Positions 27,258 through 37,298 are shown, counted from the first letter of the stretch. The stretch: DNA of 60,298 nt from Patescibacteria group bacterium (GCA_038063415.1 JBBTVD010000009.1:81430-141727); one strand, 5' to 3'. A program made the numbers and translations. Notes: generated from the letters alone by a model not told the origin.

Positions 27258-29315
27258 TTAGTCTTGTGAAACAGTATCAGTTGTTTTTTCAGTAAGTTTT
27301 TCAGTAAGCTTTTTGTACTGAGAAAGCTTTTGATACATACTATCTGCTGAGATTTTAGCCCGTTGAATCATGTCAGTATCTCCAAAAGAAGCAATTCTGA
27401 GCTTTTTCATCCCATGTTGACTTGTTCCATAGATGTCTCCTCCACCACGAAGCTTGAGATCCATTTCCGCAAGTTCTGCTCCAGAGTGAGTTGTTTCCAT
27501 TGATTTCAGGCGTTGTAGTGTCATTTCGTTAGTGCTTTCAGCAAAGAGCAAACAATAGGATTGTTTGTCCCCTCTCCCCACTCGTCCTCGCAACTGATGT
27601 AATTGTGCAAGTCCAAATCGTTCTGCAGCTTCAATCATAATAATGGTTGCATTGGGGATATCGATACCAACTTCAACGACTGGGGTTGCGACTAAAATAT
27701 CAAACTCACGGTTACGGAATTGCGCGAGAGTTGCGTCTTTTTCTTTTGCCTTTTGTTTGCCATGTAATAAGCCAAGCTTGAGACCTTGCCTGCCTGCCGG
27801 CAGGTCAGGAGCAAAGACTTCTTTTTGAAGCCGTTCGTACTCAACTGCTGCTGCTTTAACGGTTTGCATATTTTCGGAAGTTTCAATAAAAGGACAAATA
27901 ATAAATGCCTGTGAATCTGTCTCTTGCACTTGCTTGCGAATCCAGTCATACGCACCTTCTCGCTTCTCTGGTGGCACAAGCCAGGTTTTTATCTTTTTTC
28001 TTCCATGTGGCATTTCACGTAAGTACGAAACATCCAAATTGCCATACATAGTGAGCATAACCGTACGAGGAATTGGCGTTGCGGTCATCGTGAGTAAATG
28101 TGGATTAGTGCCTTTGTTTCGAATACTTCCCCTTTGTGCCACGCCAAATCGTTGTTGTTCATCAATGGCGATAAATCCAAGTTTATCAAACTGAATTTTG
28201 TCTGAAAGGACTGCATGGGTACCAACCAAAATAGAAAAGTCCGAAGCCTCTTTGGTTAGCTTTTTACTTCCCGTTACGAGTCTCACCTTTACTCCCAATG
28301 GCTCAAGGAGTCCTGTAAGTCCTGCATAATGTTGCTCGGCGAGAATCTCAGTTGGAGCCATAAGCACTGATTGGTAGCCATTGAGATGTGTTGCATACAT
28401 AGCTATAGCCGCGACAATAGTCTTACCACTACCAACATCTCCCTGGAGTAATCGATTCATCGCTTTGTCCTTTTCCAGATCTTTAAGAATATCATCAACT
28501 GCTGCTTGTTGTGCCTGTGTCAGCGTAAAGGGTAATTGTCCAATAAAGTGTTTAATTTTTGCTGCTGCTTGTTTATTGGTGAATGGGATGCTTTTTTGTT
28601 GCTGTTTCCAGCTTTCACGTCGTCTGCGCGCTGCTAGCTGTAGGAGAAAAAGCTCGTCAAAAGCAAGTCGTTCTCGAGCTTTGGCAGCTGTTTCATGAGA
28701 CACAGGAAAATGAATTTCCTTGATGGCTTCTGTTAATGATAGAAAACTATTTCGGGTAATAAGTTCCTCAGGTAAGTAGTCTTCTATGTTCTCCAGTTCT
28801 TGTAATAAGGTATAAATTTGTCTGCGAAGCCATTTGGAAGTAACCCCCTGTGTCTCAGGATACACAGGAATTAACCTTCCTGTATGGATAGCCTTTGTTT
28901 GTCCGTTAAAGAGGATTTCATAGGTTGGTGCCGTCATTTTGAGTGTTCTTCCTGATACTTCAACCTTTCCAGAAGCAGAAATAGTGGCATTTGCTTGAAT
29001 GGCTCTGGTGAGATATGTTTGATTAAACCAAGCTAGTTGGATAGTCCCCGTCTCATCCATAACCGTTGCCTTTTGGATTGATTTGATCCTTCTGCCGCGA
29101 AGATAGGTACTTTTCATTTCAATGACATTGCCTTGGATAGTTACCGTTTCTCCCGGTTGTATCTCTGCTATCTTGGAAGCTTGAGAAAAATCTTCATAAC
29201 GAGATGGAATATGAAAAAGAAAGTCTTCAAAAGTAGTAATGCCAAGTTTCTCAAGTCTGCTGGCATACATTTTGTAGGAACGGCTACCCTTGGTAATGTT
29301 ATCAGAAAGATTCAT
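27258..29315 (-). CDS. recG: ATP-dependent DNA helicase RecG
   Basis: 685 aa with GDVGSGKT, DEQQRFG, wedge domain and helicase C-terminal motifs. Confidence 0.9.
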   Translation of the reverse strand: MNLSDNITKGSRSYKMYASRLEKLGITTFEDFLFHIPSRYEDFSQASKIAEIQPGETVTIQGNVIEMKSTYLRGRRIKSIQKATVMDETGTIQLAWFNQTYLTRAIQANATISASGKVEVSGRTLKMTAPTYEILFNGQTKAIHTGRLIPVYPETQGVTSKWLRRQIYTLLQELENIEDYLPEELITRNSFLSLTEAIKEIHFPVSHETAAKARERLAFDELFLLQLAARRRRESWKQQQKSIPFTNKQAAAKIKHFIGQLPFTLTQAQQAAVDDILKDLEKDKAMNRLLQGDVGSGKTIVAAIAMYATHLNGYQSVLMAPTEILAEQHYAGLTGLLEPLGVKVRLVTGSKKLTKEASDFSILVGTHAVLSDKIQFDKLGFIAIDEQQRFGVAQRGSIRNKGTNPHLLTMTATPIPRTVMLTMYGNLDVSYLREMPHGRKKIKTWLVPPEKREGAYDWIRKQVQETDSQAFIICPFIETSENMQTVKAAAVEYERLQKEVFAPDLPAGRQGLKLGLLHGKQKAKEKDATLAQFRNREFDILVATPVVEVGIDIPNATIIMIEAAERFGLAQLHQLRGRVGRGDKQSYCLLFAESTNEMTLQRLKSMETTHSGAELAEMDLKLRGGGDIYGTSQHGMKKLRIASFGDTDMIQRAKISADSMYQKLSQYKKLTEKLTEKTTDTVSQD

Positions 29316-29340
29316 GAATTAATTATATACTATCCCCTTT

Positions 29341-30018
29341 TTATCTACTCCAGTCTTTCTCAGGAGGAAATGTCCCAACTCCATGAGTTGTCTTTACTCC
29401 CGCTCTTAAAAGTGCATTTATTGTATAGCCTACACATCCTTGAAAAGAGTTCCTTTCATAAATTCCTGGCATACCTGGCGTAAAGGAAAAATGATCTATC
29501 TTTGGACCATTAACCCAAAGATAGCTTCCAGATACGACTGCTCTTGCTAATCCAATATTCTGAAGATTTCTTGCAAGAGCTGTTAAATTTCCTTGAATCG
29601 GTTCAGGGGTAGAATCATGAGTTGGCACAACAAAAACATCTCCGCTATCCACTCCAATTCGGGACAGGTTAGTAGGTAGTTTATTTAGAACAATATCTTC
29701 TTCAAGAATAATCAATGGCAGTCCATTTTCTCTATGTCTTCGAGTTGATCTAGCCAATAAATCTATATAGTTTTCATAAGATGCTTTATATATTCTATCT
29801 GCAAATCTTGAAGGATTCCAATCAGGAAAGAATGGATGCACAACAATTGCGGCAGTTCCATTAGTCTGTGCTATCCTGCTCCCAAAAGTCTCTAATCCAG
29901 CTGGTGTCTGTAATTCAATCATCGTTACAGGTGGTTTTTCTTTGGGTGGCGGTACATCCTTTGAGCGTAATCCAGAAATTTTGTTGCGAAAAAACTCTCT
30001 CATTGGAGGAGTATACAA
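29341..30018 (-). CDS. hypothetical protein
   Basis: 225-aa ORF, no motif recognised. Confidence 0.4.
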   Translation of the reverse strand: MYTPPMREFFRNKISGLRSKDVPPPKEKPPVTMIELQTPAGLETFGSRIAQTNGTAAIVVHPFFPDWNPSRFADRIYKASYENYIDLLARSTRRHRENGLPLIILEEDIVLNKLPTNLSRIGVDSGDVFVVPTHDSTPEPIQGNLTALARNLQNIGLARAVVSGSYLWVNGPKIDHFSFTPGMPGIYERNSFQGCVGYTINALLRAGVKTTHGVGTFPPEKDWSR

Positions 30019-30212
30019 TAGATATCTCTCTAAGTCAAACTATAGGACTTGAATTGAACTACATCAAGAAGAAGTATGGGAGGAATGATGTCGCGATCAG
30101 TGAAATAGCTGCAATAATCATGACGATTTTCCAAAAAAGTTTATGTTTGTCAAAAATGTTCATAGATCTATTATAAGAAAAGCTTGCCGTAAGAATCAAG
30201 ATATGTTTTTCG

Positions 30213-30270
30213 GTCATCCCGGACTTTATCCGGGATCTACTTCTTGGATTCCTGCCTTCGCAGGAATGAC
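30213..30270. repeat. hairpin-pair repeat, copy F
   Basis: gtc-atcccggACTTTATccgggat...attcctgCCTTCGcaggaat-gac, ending 4 nt from the tyrS stop. Confidence 0.8.
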
Positions 30271-30273
30271 AAG

Positions 30274-31470
30274 CTATTTTTCTATCTCTATTTTAACAAT
30301 TCGTCTCTTCCCTACTTGTATAACTGTTCCTGAATCGCTAACAAATGCTTCAAATGGAGCATAGGGATCGGTTACTTGTTGATTATCAACGACTGTTCCT
30401 CCTTGAGTAATAACTCTTTTTGCTTCAGATTTGCTTTCGACAAGACCAGAATGTACAAGAGCATCACTCAGTGTGTTTGGTTCTTCAGTTAATCTGATAC
30501 TTGGGATATCCGCTGGAAGTTCTTTCTTCTGTACTCTGTGCAGAAATGCTTCAGCGGCTTTTTCTGCTTCTTTTTTGTCATAAAGCTCAGAAACGATCGC
30601 AAAAGCGAGTCTTTTTTTCAGCTGCATTGGGTGTTCTCCACTCTTGAGTGCTTCTTCAATAGTATCGATTTCTTCAAGTGGGAGATTGGTTCCAAGAGTG
30701 AAGTACTGTACGATAAGTTCATCTTTGATTGCCAGCACCTTGGCATACATATCTTCAGGAGTATCAGAAAGCCAGATGGCATTCCCCCACGATTTACTCA
30801 TTTTACGACCATCAGTACCATCCAGGAACGGATTGGTCATGACAAATGATTCTTTATTTCGTAGTACACGTTGGAGGGTGCGACCTGCTTGTAAATTAAA
30901 TGTCTGATCTGTCCCTCCCAGTTGTACGTCCGTATCAAGGTGATAACTGTCATAGCCTTGCATGATTGGGTACAGTACTTCGTCAAGTCTGATATGCTTG
31001 CCTGCTTTAAGGCGTTTGGCGATAAGCTCACGGGTAATAAAGTCATTAACTGAGAAATGTTGGGTAAGTTTGATGATGTCTTTAAAGGTAAGCTTTGATA
31101 ACCAGTCACCATTGTGTACTACTTTTATTTTCGAGAAATCAAGGATCTTGCTTGCTTGTTCTTTGTATGTCTGGAAATTCTGTTCGATTTCTTCCTCAGT
31201 CAGTATTGGTCGTTCTGACTCTTTATCTGAAGTATCCCCGATAAGTGTCGTGAAGTTTCCGATGAGAAGTGTTACGTTGTGTCCAAGTCCTGCCAGGAGT
31301 TGGAGCTTTCTGAGTGGTACCGCGTGTCCCAAGTGAATTCTTGGAGCTGTTGGATCGATACCAAGATAAATATTGAGTTTTTTTCCTGAACGAAGGGCTT
31401 TTGCTAATTCGTCTTTACCTGGGATGACGTTGGCTACGCCACGGGTGAGTACTTCATCGATCTTATCCAT
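30274..31470 (-). CDS. tyrS: tyrosyl-tRNA synthetase
   Basis: 398 aa with an HLGH (HIGH-type) motif, KMSKS and a C-terminal S4-like domain. Confidence 0.9.
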   Translation of the reverse strand: MDKIDEVLTRGVANVIPGKDELAKALRSGKKLNIYLGIDPTAPRIHLGHAVPLRKLQLLAGLGHNVTLLIGNFTTLIGDTSDKESERPILTEEEIEQNFQTYKEQASKILDFSKIKVVHNGDWLSKLTFKDIIKLTQHFSVNDFITRELIAKRLKAGKHIRLDEVLYPIMQGYDSYHLDTDVQLGGTDQTFNLQAGRTLQRVLRNKESFVMTNPFLDGTDGRKMSKSWGNAIWLSDTPEDMYAKVLAIKDELIVQYFTLGTNLPLEEIDTIEEALKSGEHPMQLKKRLAFAIVSELYDKKEAEKAAEAFLHRVQKKELPADIPSIRLTEEPNTLSDALVHSGLVESKSEAKRVITQGGTVVDNQQVTDPYAPFEAFVSDSGTVIQVGKRRIVKIEIEK

Positions 31471-31550
31471 AGGCTGAGTATAGCATAATTGCTTTGAGAC
31501 GTCAGGATCCTGCAGCGTTCACAGAGAGGTGTTGAATATGTAGAGTAAGT

Positions 31551-32030
31551 TCAGCGCTCAGCACCTTTTTGAGGACCACGTTCCCTTCCTTGGGCTGAAT
31601 GCCTAGCGTATGGAACGGTGTCTTTATTTCTATCAAATACGCTATCTTTCTGATGGGAGGAATCTGTTCCTCTCACATTACTTACAAGAGCATTTCTTTC
31701 TGCTGCATGCATACTAGCTGTTGCAACATTTTCATCTTGTTTATGTCCTGACGATGCAGCTACTTGATCTGTTCTGTCCGCTTCACCATTTCCCATCAAA
31801 GCCGCTGCAACTCCGATTCCAAAAGCAACTACAGCAGTTGTTCTCGATAAACTAGTCGGCGGTGATTGTTTTGTTGATGTCGGAGGAAGTGTATCTAAAT
31901 TTACTAAAATACTAGCTGAATCGGTTGGTCTTGGTCTACGAAGAATGGAGGGTTTATTCGTTGGATCAACAACTTTTAACCCATTTAAACGACGGGGAAT
32001 TATTTCAGTTCTTCCAGTTAATTCACTCAT
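31551..32030 (-). CDS. hypothetical, largely disordered protein with one TM
   Basis: 159-aa ORF with a consensus-like promoter directly upstream. Confidence 0.4.
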   Translation of the reverse strand: MSELTGRTEIIPRRLNGLKVVDPTNKPSILRRPRPTDSASILVNLDTLPPTSTKQSPPTSLSRTTAVVAFGIGVAAALMGNGEADRTDQVAASSGHKQDENVATASMHAAERNALVSNVRGTDSSHQKDSVFDRNKDTVPYARHSAQGRERGPQKGAER

Positions 32031-32039
32031 ATACTGTAT

Positions 32040-32068
32040 ATAGTAACTAGTATTTGGCTTATTGTCAA
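32040..32068 (-). promoter_or_regulatory. sigma70-like promoter, TTGACA-17 nt-TACTAT (minus strand)
   Basis: The -10 ends 9 nt before the ATG at 32030. Confidence 0.45.
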
Positions 32069-32117
32069 TTTTTTTTGCTCATGGATACCTCCTCGTGGTA
32101 TAATACAAGGTAATCCT

Positions 32118-34376
32118 ATGGACTACTCTGCTAGCAAAAGAAGGCGAAGGCGTGGAGGATTTAGACTCAACGCGTCAAAGATGTTTACCTTCAGCAAACT
32201 GCTTAAAATCGGATTTTTTGTGCTTCTTGCTCTTCTTATCTCTGTACCCTTAGTGTTTTTTTGGTTTAGTCGAGATTTACCAGCTCCAGGTACGCTTGTT
32301 ACGCTTAAGCAAGATGAAGCAACCCGTATTTATGACCGAAATAATACGCTGCTTTACTCTGTTTTTCAGGATGAAAATAGAACCTATGTAAAACTTTCAG
32401 AGATTCCCAAGCAACTTCAACGGGCAACCATTGCTATTGAGGATAAAGATTTTTATACCAACCAGGGCTTTTCACCTATGGCGTATTTGCGTGTCGCTCG
32501 TGATGCTCTGACGGGACAAGGAATAACTGGTGGATCGACTATTAGTCAACAGCTCGTTAAGAATGTGTTGCTGCAGGATAGTAGTCGTAGTCTTCCACGT
32601 AAAATTAAGGAGCTGATCCTGGCTATTCAGGTAAATCAAAAATACAGTAAAGATCAAATTCTTGAAATGTATCTCAATAATATCCCCTATGGTGGAACTG
32701 CTGTTGGAGTCGAATCTGCATCACAAATGTACTTTGGAAAAGAAGCAAAAGAACTGACCCTTGCTCAGTCAGCCTTCCTTGCAGGTCTTCCGCAGAGTCC
32801 AAGTCTCTACTCACCTTTTAGTGGTGAGAAATATTATCTCGATCGTGCCAAGTCCGTTCTCCGTCAGATGGTGGAAAATGATTATATTACCCAATCTGAA
32901 GCTGATAAAGCGTACAAGCAAGTCGAGAAGTTCAAATTTGTCCAGAAAGAAGATCATGCAATTAAAGCTCCACATTTTGTGATGTATGTCAAAGATAAAT
33001 TGACCGAGCAGTTTGGTCAGCAAAGGGTAACAACAGGTGGATTGCAAGTAACCACCACGCTTGATTATGACCTCCAGAAAGATGCAGAAAAGATCGTCAA
33101 AGATGAAATCGAGAGTCTAGAAAAATACGATGTGACCAACGGTGCAGCTATTATTGCTGACCCAAAGACTGGAGAAATTCTTTCGATGGTTGGAAGTAAA
33201 GATTACTTTGATGAAGCAAACGATGGCAATTTTAACGTCGCTATTTCCAATACCCGTCAGCCTGGTTCCTCCATGAAACCAATTGTCTATGCGACTGCTC
33301 TTGAAAAAGGATACACAGCTGCCACGATGCTTATGGATGTGAAGACTGAATTCCCAACAGATGATCCAACAGAACCTCTATACAATCCGGTAAACTATGA
33401 TGGCAAGTTCAGGGGGCCAGTACAAATGCGGTACTCATTGGCTAATTCATATAACATCCCGGCTGTAAAGATGCTGGCCAAAGTCGGTATTGAACCGGTG
33501 ATGAAGCAAGCCTATGATATGGGAATTAATAATTGGGAGCCTACCGCTGCCAATCGGGCAAGTGTCGGGCTTTCGTTGGTGCTTGGAGGACGCGAGACGT
33601 CACTTATGGATGAAGTAACCGCGTATAGTGTTTTTGCCAACGGCGGGATAAAGCATAATCCTATCACTATCTTAAAAATTACTGATAGCAAAGGGAAAGT
33701 ACTCTTTGAACGAGATGAACCAGATAAGAAACGAGTACTTTCAGAAGAAGTATCCTTTATTATTTCACATATGCTGCTTGATAACGCTGCCCGTACGGAA
33801 GCCTTTGGAGCAAGCTCTGCACTTGTTATTCCTGGTCATGAAGTCTCAGTAAAGACAGGTACAACTGATCAAAAGCGTGACAACTGGACAGTTGGCTATA
33901 CTCCTTCCTATGTCGTTGGTGTATGGGTAGGAAACAATGACAACTCACCTATGAATCCGGCCATTGCTTCGGGTGTTACTGGAGCTTCTCCTATATGGCA
34001 TGACCTAATGGTACTTTCTCTCAAAGGAAAACCAAGTGAAGAGATCAAAAAGCCTGAAAAAGTAGTTGCTCTTCAAATTGACGCTCTCGCTGGCGGACTT
34101 CCCCACGGTGGACAAGGACAACGTTCAGAGTATTTTGTCAAAGGTACAGAGCCCACAGCTGAAGCTTCTATTTACAAAAACAAAGATGGGCAAGATTATC
34201 TGATCTTCAAAGAAGATGACCCAGTCTCAAAAGATGGACAGAACCGTTGGCAAAAAGGCATCGAAGAGTGGATTGAGCAGGCGCATAAAGATGACAAGAT
34301 GTATCATCCACCAGATGAATTGAAGAATGAAGGTGGGAATCCTGAGCAGTCGCCTACTCCTACACTACAACCATAG
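32118..34376 (+). CDS. class A penicillin-binding protein (transglycosylase/transpeptidase, PBP1A-like)
   Basis: EDKDFYTNQG and STISQQLVKN (GT51). SSMKP (SxxK) and KTGTT (transpeptidase). Confidence 0.85.
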   Translation: MDYSASKRRRRRGGFRLNASKMFTFSKLLKIGFFVLLALLISVPLVFFWFSRDLPAPGTLVTLKQDEATRIYDRNNTLLYSVFQDENRTYVKLSEIPKQLQRATIAIEDKDFYTNQGFSPMAYLRVARDALTGQGITGGSTISQQLVKNVLLQDSSRSLPRKIKELILAIQVNQKYSKDQILEMYLNNIPYGGTAVGVESASQMYFGKEAKELTLAQSAFLAGLPQSPSLYSPFSGEKYYLDRAKSVLRQMVENDYITQSEADKAYKQVEKFKFVQKEDHAIKAPHFVMYVKDKLTEQFGQQRVTTGGLQVTTTLDYDLQKDAEKIVKDEIESLEKYDVTNGAAIIADPKTGEILSMVGSKDYFDEANDGNFNVAISNTRQPGSSMKPIVYATALEKGYTAATMLMDVKTEFPTDDPTEPLYNPVNYDGKFRGPVQMRYSLANSYNIPAVKMLAKVGIEPVMKQAYDMGINNWEPTAANRASVGLSLVLGGRETSLMDEVTAYSVFANGGIKHNPITILKITDSKGKVLFERDEPDKKRVLSEEVSFIISHMLLDNAARTEAFGASSALVIPGHEVSVKTGTTDQKRDNWTVGYTPSYVVGVWVGNNDNSPMNPAIASGVTGASPIWHDLMVLSLKGKPSEEIKKPEKVVALQIDALAGGLPHGGQGQRSEYFVKGTEPTAEASIYKNKDGQDYLIFKEDDPVSKDGQNRWQKGIEEWIEQAHKDDKMYHPPDELKNEGGNPEQSPTPTLQP

Positions 34377-34377
34377 C

Positions 34378-34452
34378 GTCATCCTGGTAAGCGAACCCCG
34401 ATTAGCGCATCCAGGATCTGATTCTGGGAAAGTCGGTGCTTTCCAGAATGAC
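34378..34452. repeat. hairpin-pair repeat, copy G (inverted orientation)
   Basis: gtc-atcctggTAAGCGAACCCCGATTAGCGCATccaggat...attctggGAAAGTCGGTGCTTTccagaat-gac, starting 2 nt after the PBP stop. Confidence 0.8.
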
Positions 34453-34458
34453 GGTACT

Positions 34459-34908
34459 TTACTGAATAAGTTCGAGTTTCTTATTAATAGCTTTTGCGTT
34501 AAGTGCAAGAATTTCTTCCTCAAACGGGTTACCCTTTTCGATTTGATTCCACAAGTAGATTTGTTTCTTTAGGTAATAGGCAATGGTTATTTCCATCAGT
34601 ACATTGCCTCCAATATAGCCTTTGATCCCCTTTTTTTCATTGTTAATGACCAGGATCGCGTCTCCTGTTGCAATTTTTTTGAAATGGTTATTGATAAGTC
34701 TACGTTTAATCTTATAATCCTCGGGGTTAGTAAACCAAGTCTTGTGATAGTCAGGATCAAAATTACCTGTTCGTTGCATGATTCGAAGGCTGTCTGGAAG
34801 TAATACTCGAAAACCTTTTTGACGAAGCTCTTTGGCAACTTCAGGAATTTCTTTGTAAAAGGAGACACTTGCGCAGATGGCTATGGTTTTTTTCACTTTT
34901 TTATCCAT
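34459..34908 (-). CDS. nucleoside 2-deoxyribosyltransferase-like protein (tentative)
   Basis: 149 aa. KTIAICASVSFYKE and GGNVLMEITIAYYLKKQIYLWN fit that fold family only loosely. Confidence 0.35.
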   Translation of the reverse strand: MDKKVKKTIAICASVSFYKEIPEVAKELRQKGFRVLLPDSLRIMQRTGNFDPDYHKTWFTNPEDYKIKRRLINNHFKKIATGDAILVINNEKKGIKGYIGGNVLMEITIAYYLKKQIYLWNQIEKGNPFEEEILALNAKAINKKLELIQ

Positions 34909-35170
34909 GATAGAGGTATTTCTGCCACAGATTCTTCAAAAAAGGAAGCGTCAAAGTAGATAGAAAAAACCCTAATGTAGGAATAATAGCATTAATCCAT
35001 GGATCAGGATTACCAAGACTCATAAAAGTAATTCCCATCAGAATATAGGTGACAAGAATAATAATAATCTTTCTCGAGAGGCTTGTTTCCCAGGCTTTAT
35101 TGGTTTCAACTCGTTTGTTACGCTCTTTAAGTTTCTCGATTTCTTGTTGAAGGCTCAGAATATCAGACAT
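34901..35170 (-). CDS. small membrane protein, hypothetical
   Basis: 89 aa with an N-terminal coiled-coil-like segment and two hydrophobic helices. Confidence 0.4.
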   Translation of the reverse strand: MSDILSLQQEIEKLKERNKRVETNKAWETSLSRKIIIILVTYILMGITFMSLGNPDPWINAIIPTLGFFLSTLTLPFLKNLWQKYLYHG

Positions 35171-35171
35171 A

Positions 35172-37298
35172 TTATTCCTTCAATCGTGCATTGTATTTTT
35201 CATGCAGTATTTTAAGCATGTTTTTTCGTATCTCCCCTACTTCCTCATCTGTCAGATTCTTTTCATAGCTTTGATAAATAATATGAAAGGTTCGGGTATC
35301 CTGATATTTGTCCAAAAGCGTAACAGACGCAATCAGTGGATTTTGCTTTGTAATTGTTTCAATAATAGTTCCTGTCAGTACGTCAGATGGAGCAATTAGT
35401 GCAAGATCTTCCACAATCGGTGGGAATTTACTGGTCGGTTTATAGATTTTTTTCAATGTGGCATGCTCAAGTAATCGACGAAAGTCTAGTTCAAAGCTAA
35501 TAAGATTCGAGTTTTCGATAGTGATCGTTCCAACAGACGTCATTCTGGCAAGTGAAGCGCGTCCAGAATCGATTCTGGAGTCCTCACGTTGTTTGTCCCC
35601 AGAATGACGAAGAGAAATTTCCGCACCATCGTTAGTTGCTGTATAGACTGCTTCATTGATACCAAGCTCGCGGAAAAGCTGCTCTATAATTCCTTTTACT
35701 TCATAAAAAGAGACCTTATCTTTTTTGACCACGCCGGCAAGCGTAAGTTTTTCTTCCGGCAGCGCATGTGCTTTTTTGACGTAGACATTTGCGATTTCAA
35801 AAATATGGACGGTATCATATTTTTTATTTTCTTTTATTACTTTGAGCAAGCTTGGGGTAAGGGTTCTTCGCATCACGACAAATTCTTCAGAAAGTGGGTT
35901 TTCAATCGTAACCGCATCTTCAATCTTGCCGTCATACAGTTCTTTGGGAACCATTGGGTAGGTATAGACTTCGGTGAAGCCCCAGTATTTGAGCATATCT
36001 TTGACCCTATCTTCCCAGAAGAATTCATTCTTTCCATAGGCTGTTGGTGCTGCTTGTTCTACTGCTGGAAGCTTATCCGGGATGTTTTGATAGCCATAAA
36101 TACGGGCTATTTCTTCAATAACGTCTTCTGGAATGGTAATATCTTTTGCCCGAAAAGATGGAGGAGTAACGGTCAAAATGTTTTTTGTCATGCTGGCTTG
36201 TCCAGCATCTTTTTTAGATTCTGGACGCGTTCTTTTATCGCTTGCCAGAATGACGTGAGATGAAATTTTTGTCGCAAATCCCAGACTTTGCATAATATGT
36301 GCAGATTCATTCACCGTAACCGGTACTCCCATAACGGATGCAATTTGTTCCTCCGTTACTGAGACGGTTTGGATCTGAGGCTTGTTTGAATATGTATCAA
36401 TAATCTCTGAAATGATCTTTCCGTCAGCTACTTCTTCAAAAAGTTTGACACCATAGGCAAATGCATCGGTTGCAAGTTCTGGATCAACTCCCTTTTCGTT
36501 AAGTACTGCGGCTTCTGAACGAATTCCCAGACCCATAGAAGTCTTTCTAATTTGCTGTGCATCATTATTGTCAATAAAGAAAAGAATCCGTTTGGTTTCG
36601 TTGGTTACCACACTGTTTTCAAGTCCCATGATAGCAAGTAAATCAATGATTCTTCCCGAATCATCTACTGCGATAATATCTCCATCTCGGAGGGTATGTA
36701 TTTTCTTATCGAGGGTTTCTATTTTTTCTCCTTTTTTGGCTCCTCGTATCGTCAGGCTTTTGGTTGCAAGCCGATCGTAGTCAAAGACGTGTGTTGGATG
36801 ACCGATCACCCGCATGACATAATTGGTAACATCGATAAGGTTGCTGAGACTTCTGATATCCGTTGCTTCCAAACGGTTTTTAATTAGCTCAGGAGAAGGC
36901 TTCACCGTTACTTCCATTACCACTGCCATAACTCGGTTAGTTAGTTTTTCGTTGGTATGAATCGTTAGCTTCACGTTGTCATCCCCGACTCCGATCGGGG
37001 ATCCAGTTCTCTTCTGGATTCCTGCCTTCGCAGGAATGACAGATAATGCTGGTGGAGTAAAGGTTGCCGAGATACCATTTTGGTTGAGTACTGCGGCTGT
37101 CTCCCGTGCCAGACCAAGGATGGACATCAGATCAGGTCTATTGGTCGTAATTTCAATATCATAGACATAGTCTTCGTTATACTTCTCAAGGCGTTCGACC
37201 GAGACACTTGCGAGTGACAAAAGCTCCGCAATTTTTTGCGGTTTTGCGGTTGTTTTGACGTATTCTTTGAGCCAAGAGTCTAAAATTTTGATATTCAT
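35172..37298 (-). CDS. pheT: phenylalanyl-tRNA synthetase beta subunit, carrying three internal repeat-derived segments
   Basis: 708 aa with SWLKEYV N-terminus, TNRPDLMSILGLARE (B3/4) and a C-terminal anticodon-binding-like domain. Repeat copies H, I and J lie in frame. Confidence 0.9.
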   Translation of the reverse strand: MNIKILDSWLKEYVKTTAKPQKIAELLSLASVSVERLEKYNEDYVYDIEITTNRPDLMSILGLARETAAVLNQNGISATFTPPALSVIPAKAGIQKRTGSPIGVGDDNVKLTIHTNEKLTNRVMAVVMEVTVKPSPELIKNRLEATDIRSLSNLIDVTNYVMRVIGHPTHVFDYDRLATKSLTIRGAKKGEKIETLDKKIHTLRDGDIIAVDDSGRIIDLLAIMGLENSVVTNETKRILFFIDNNDAQQIRKTSMGLGIRSEAAVLNEKGVDPELATDAFAYGVKLFEEVADGKIISEIIDTYSNKPQIQTVSVTEEQIASVMGVPVTVNESAHIMQSLGFATKISSHVILASDKRTRPESKKDAGQASMTKNILTVTPPSFRAKDITIPEDVIEEIARIYGYQNIPDKLPAVEQAAPTAYGKNEFFWEDRVKDMLKYWGFTEVYTYPMVPKELYDGKIEDAVTIENPLSEEFVVMRRTLTPSLLKVIKENKKYDTVHIFEIANVYVKKAHALPEEKLTLAGVVKKDKVSFYEVKGIIEQLFRELGINEAVYTATNDGAEISLRHSGDKQREDSRIDSGRASLARMTSVGTITIENSNLISFELDFRRLLEHATLKKIYKPTSKFPPIVEDLALIAPSDVLTGTIIETITKQNPLIASVTLLDKYQDTRTFHIIYQSYEKNLTDEEVGEIRKNMLKILHEKYNARLKE
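35539..35607. repeat. hairpin-pair repeat, copy H (inside pheT)
   Basis: gtc-attctggCAAGTGAAGCGCGTccagaat-cg-attctgg...ccagaat-gac. Encodes RHSGDKQREDSRIDSGRASLARMT. Confidence 0.8.
36187..36254. repeat. hairpin-pair repeat, copy I (inside pheT)
   Basis: gtc-atgctggCTTGTccagcat...attctggACGCGTTCTTTTATCGCTTGccagaat-gac. Encodes VILASDKRTRPESKKDAGQASMT. Confidence 0.8.
36978..37040. repeat. hairpin-pair repeat, copy J (inside pheT)
   Basis: gtc-atccccgACTCCGATcggggat...attcctgCCTTCGcaggaat-gac. Encodes SVIPAKAGIQKRTGSPIGVGDD. Confidence 0.8.

Noticed and set aside
31501-31515. gtcaggatcctgcag and gtcagaatgac (56624-56634) as additional repeat copies
   Set aside because: They are too short to separate from chance palindromes. 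They are mentioned only as possible collapsed stubs of the repeat family.
35589-36263. 224-aa plus-strand ORF inside pheT, plus similar long antisense ORFs (e.g. 20870..21325, 51226..51777, 44283..44576)
   Set aside because: These are shadow ORFs opposite strongly supported genes. They have odd composition (Phe/Cys/Ile-rich) and no motifs.
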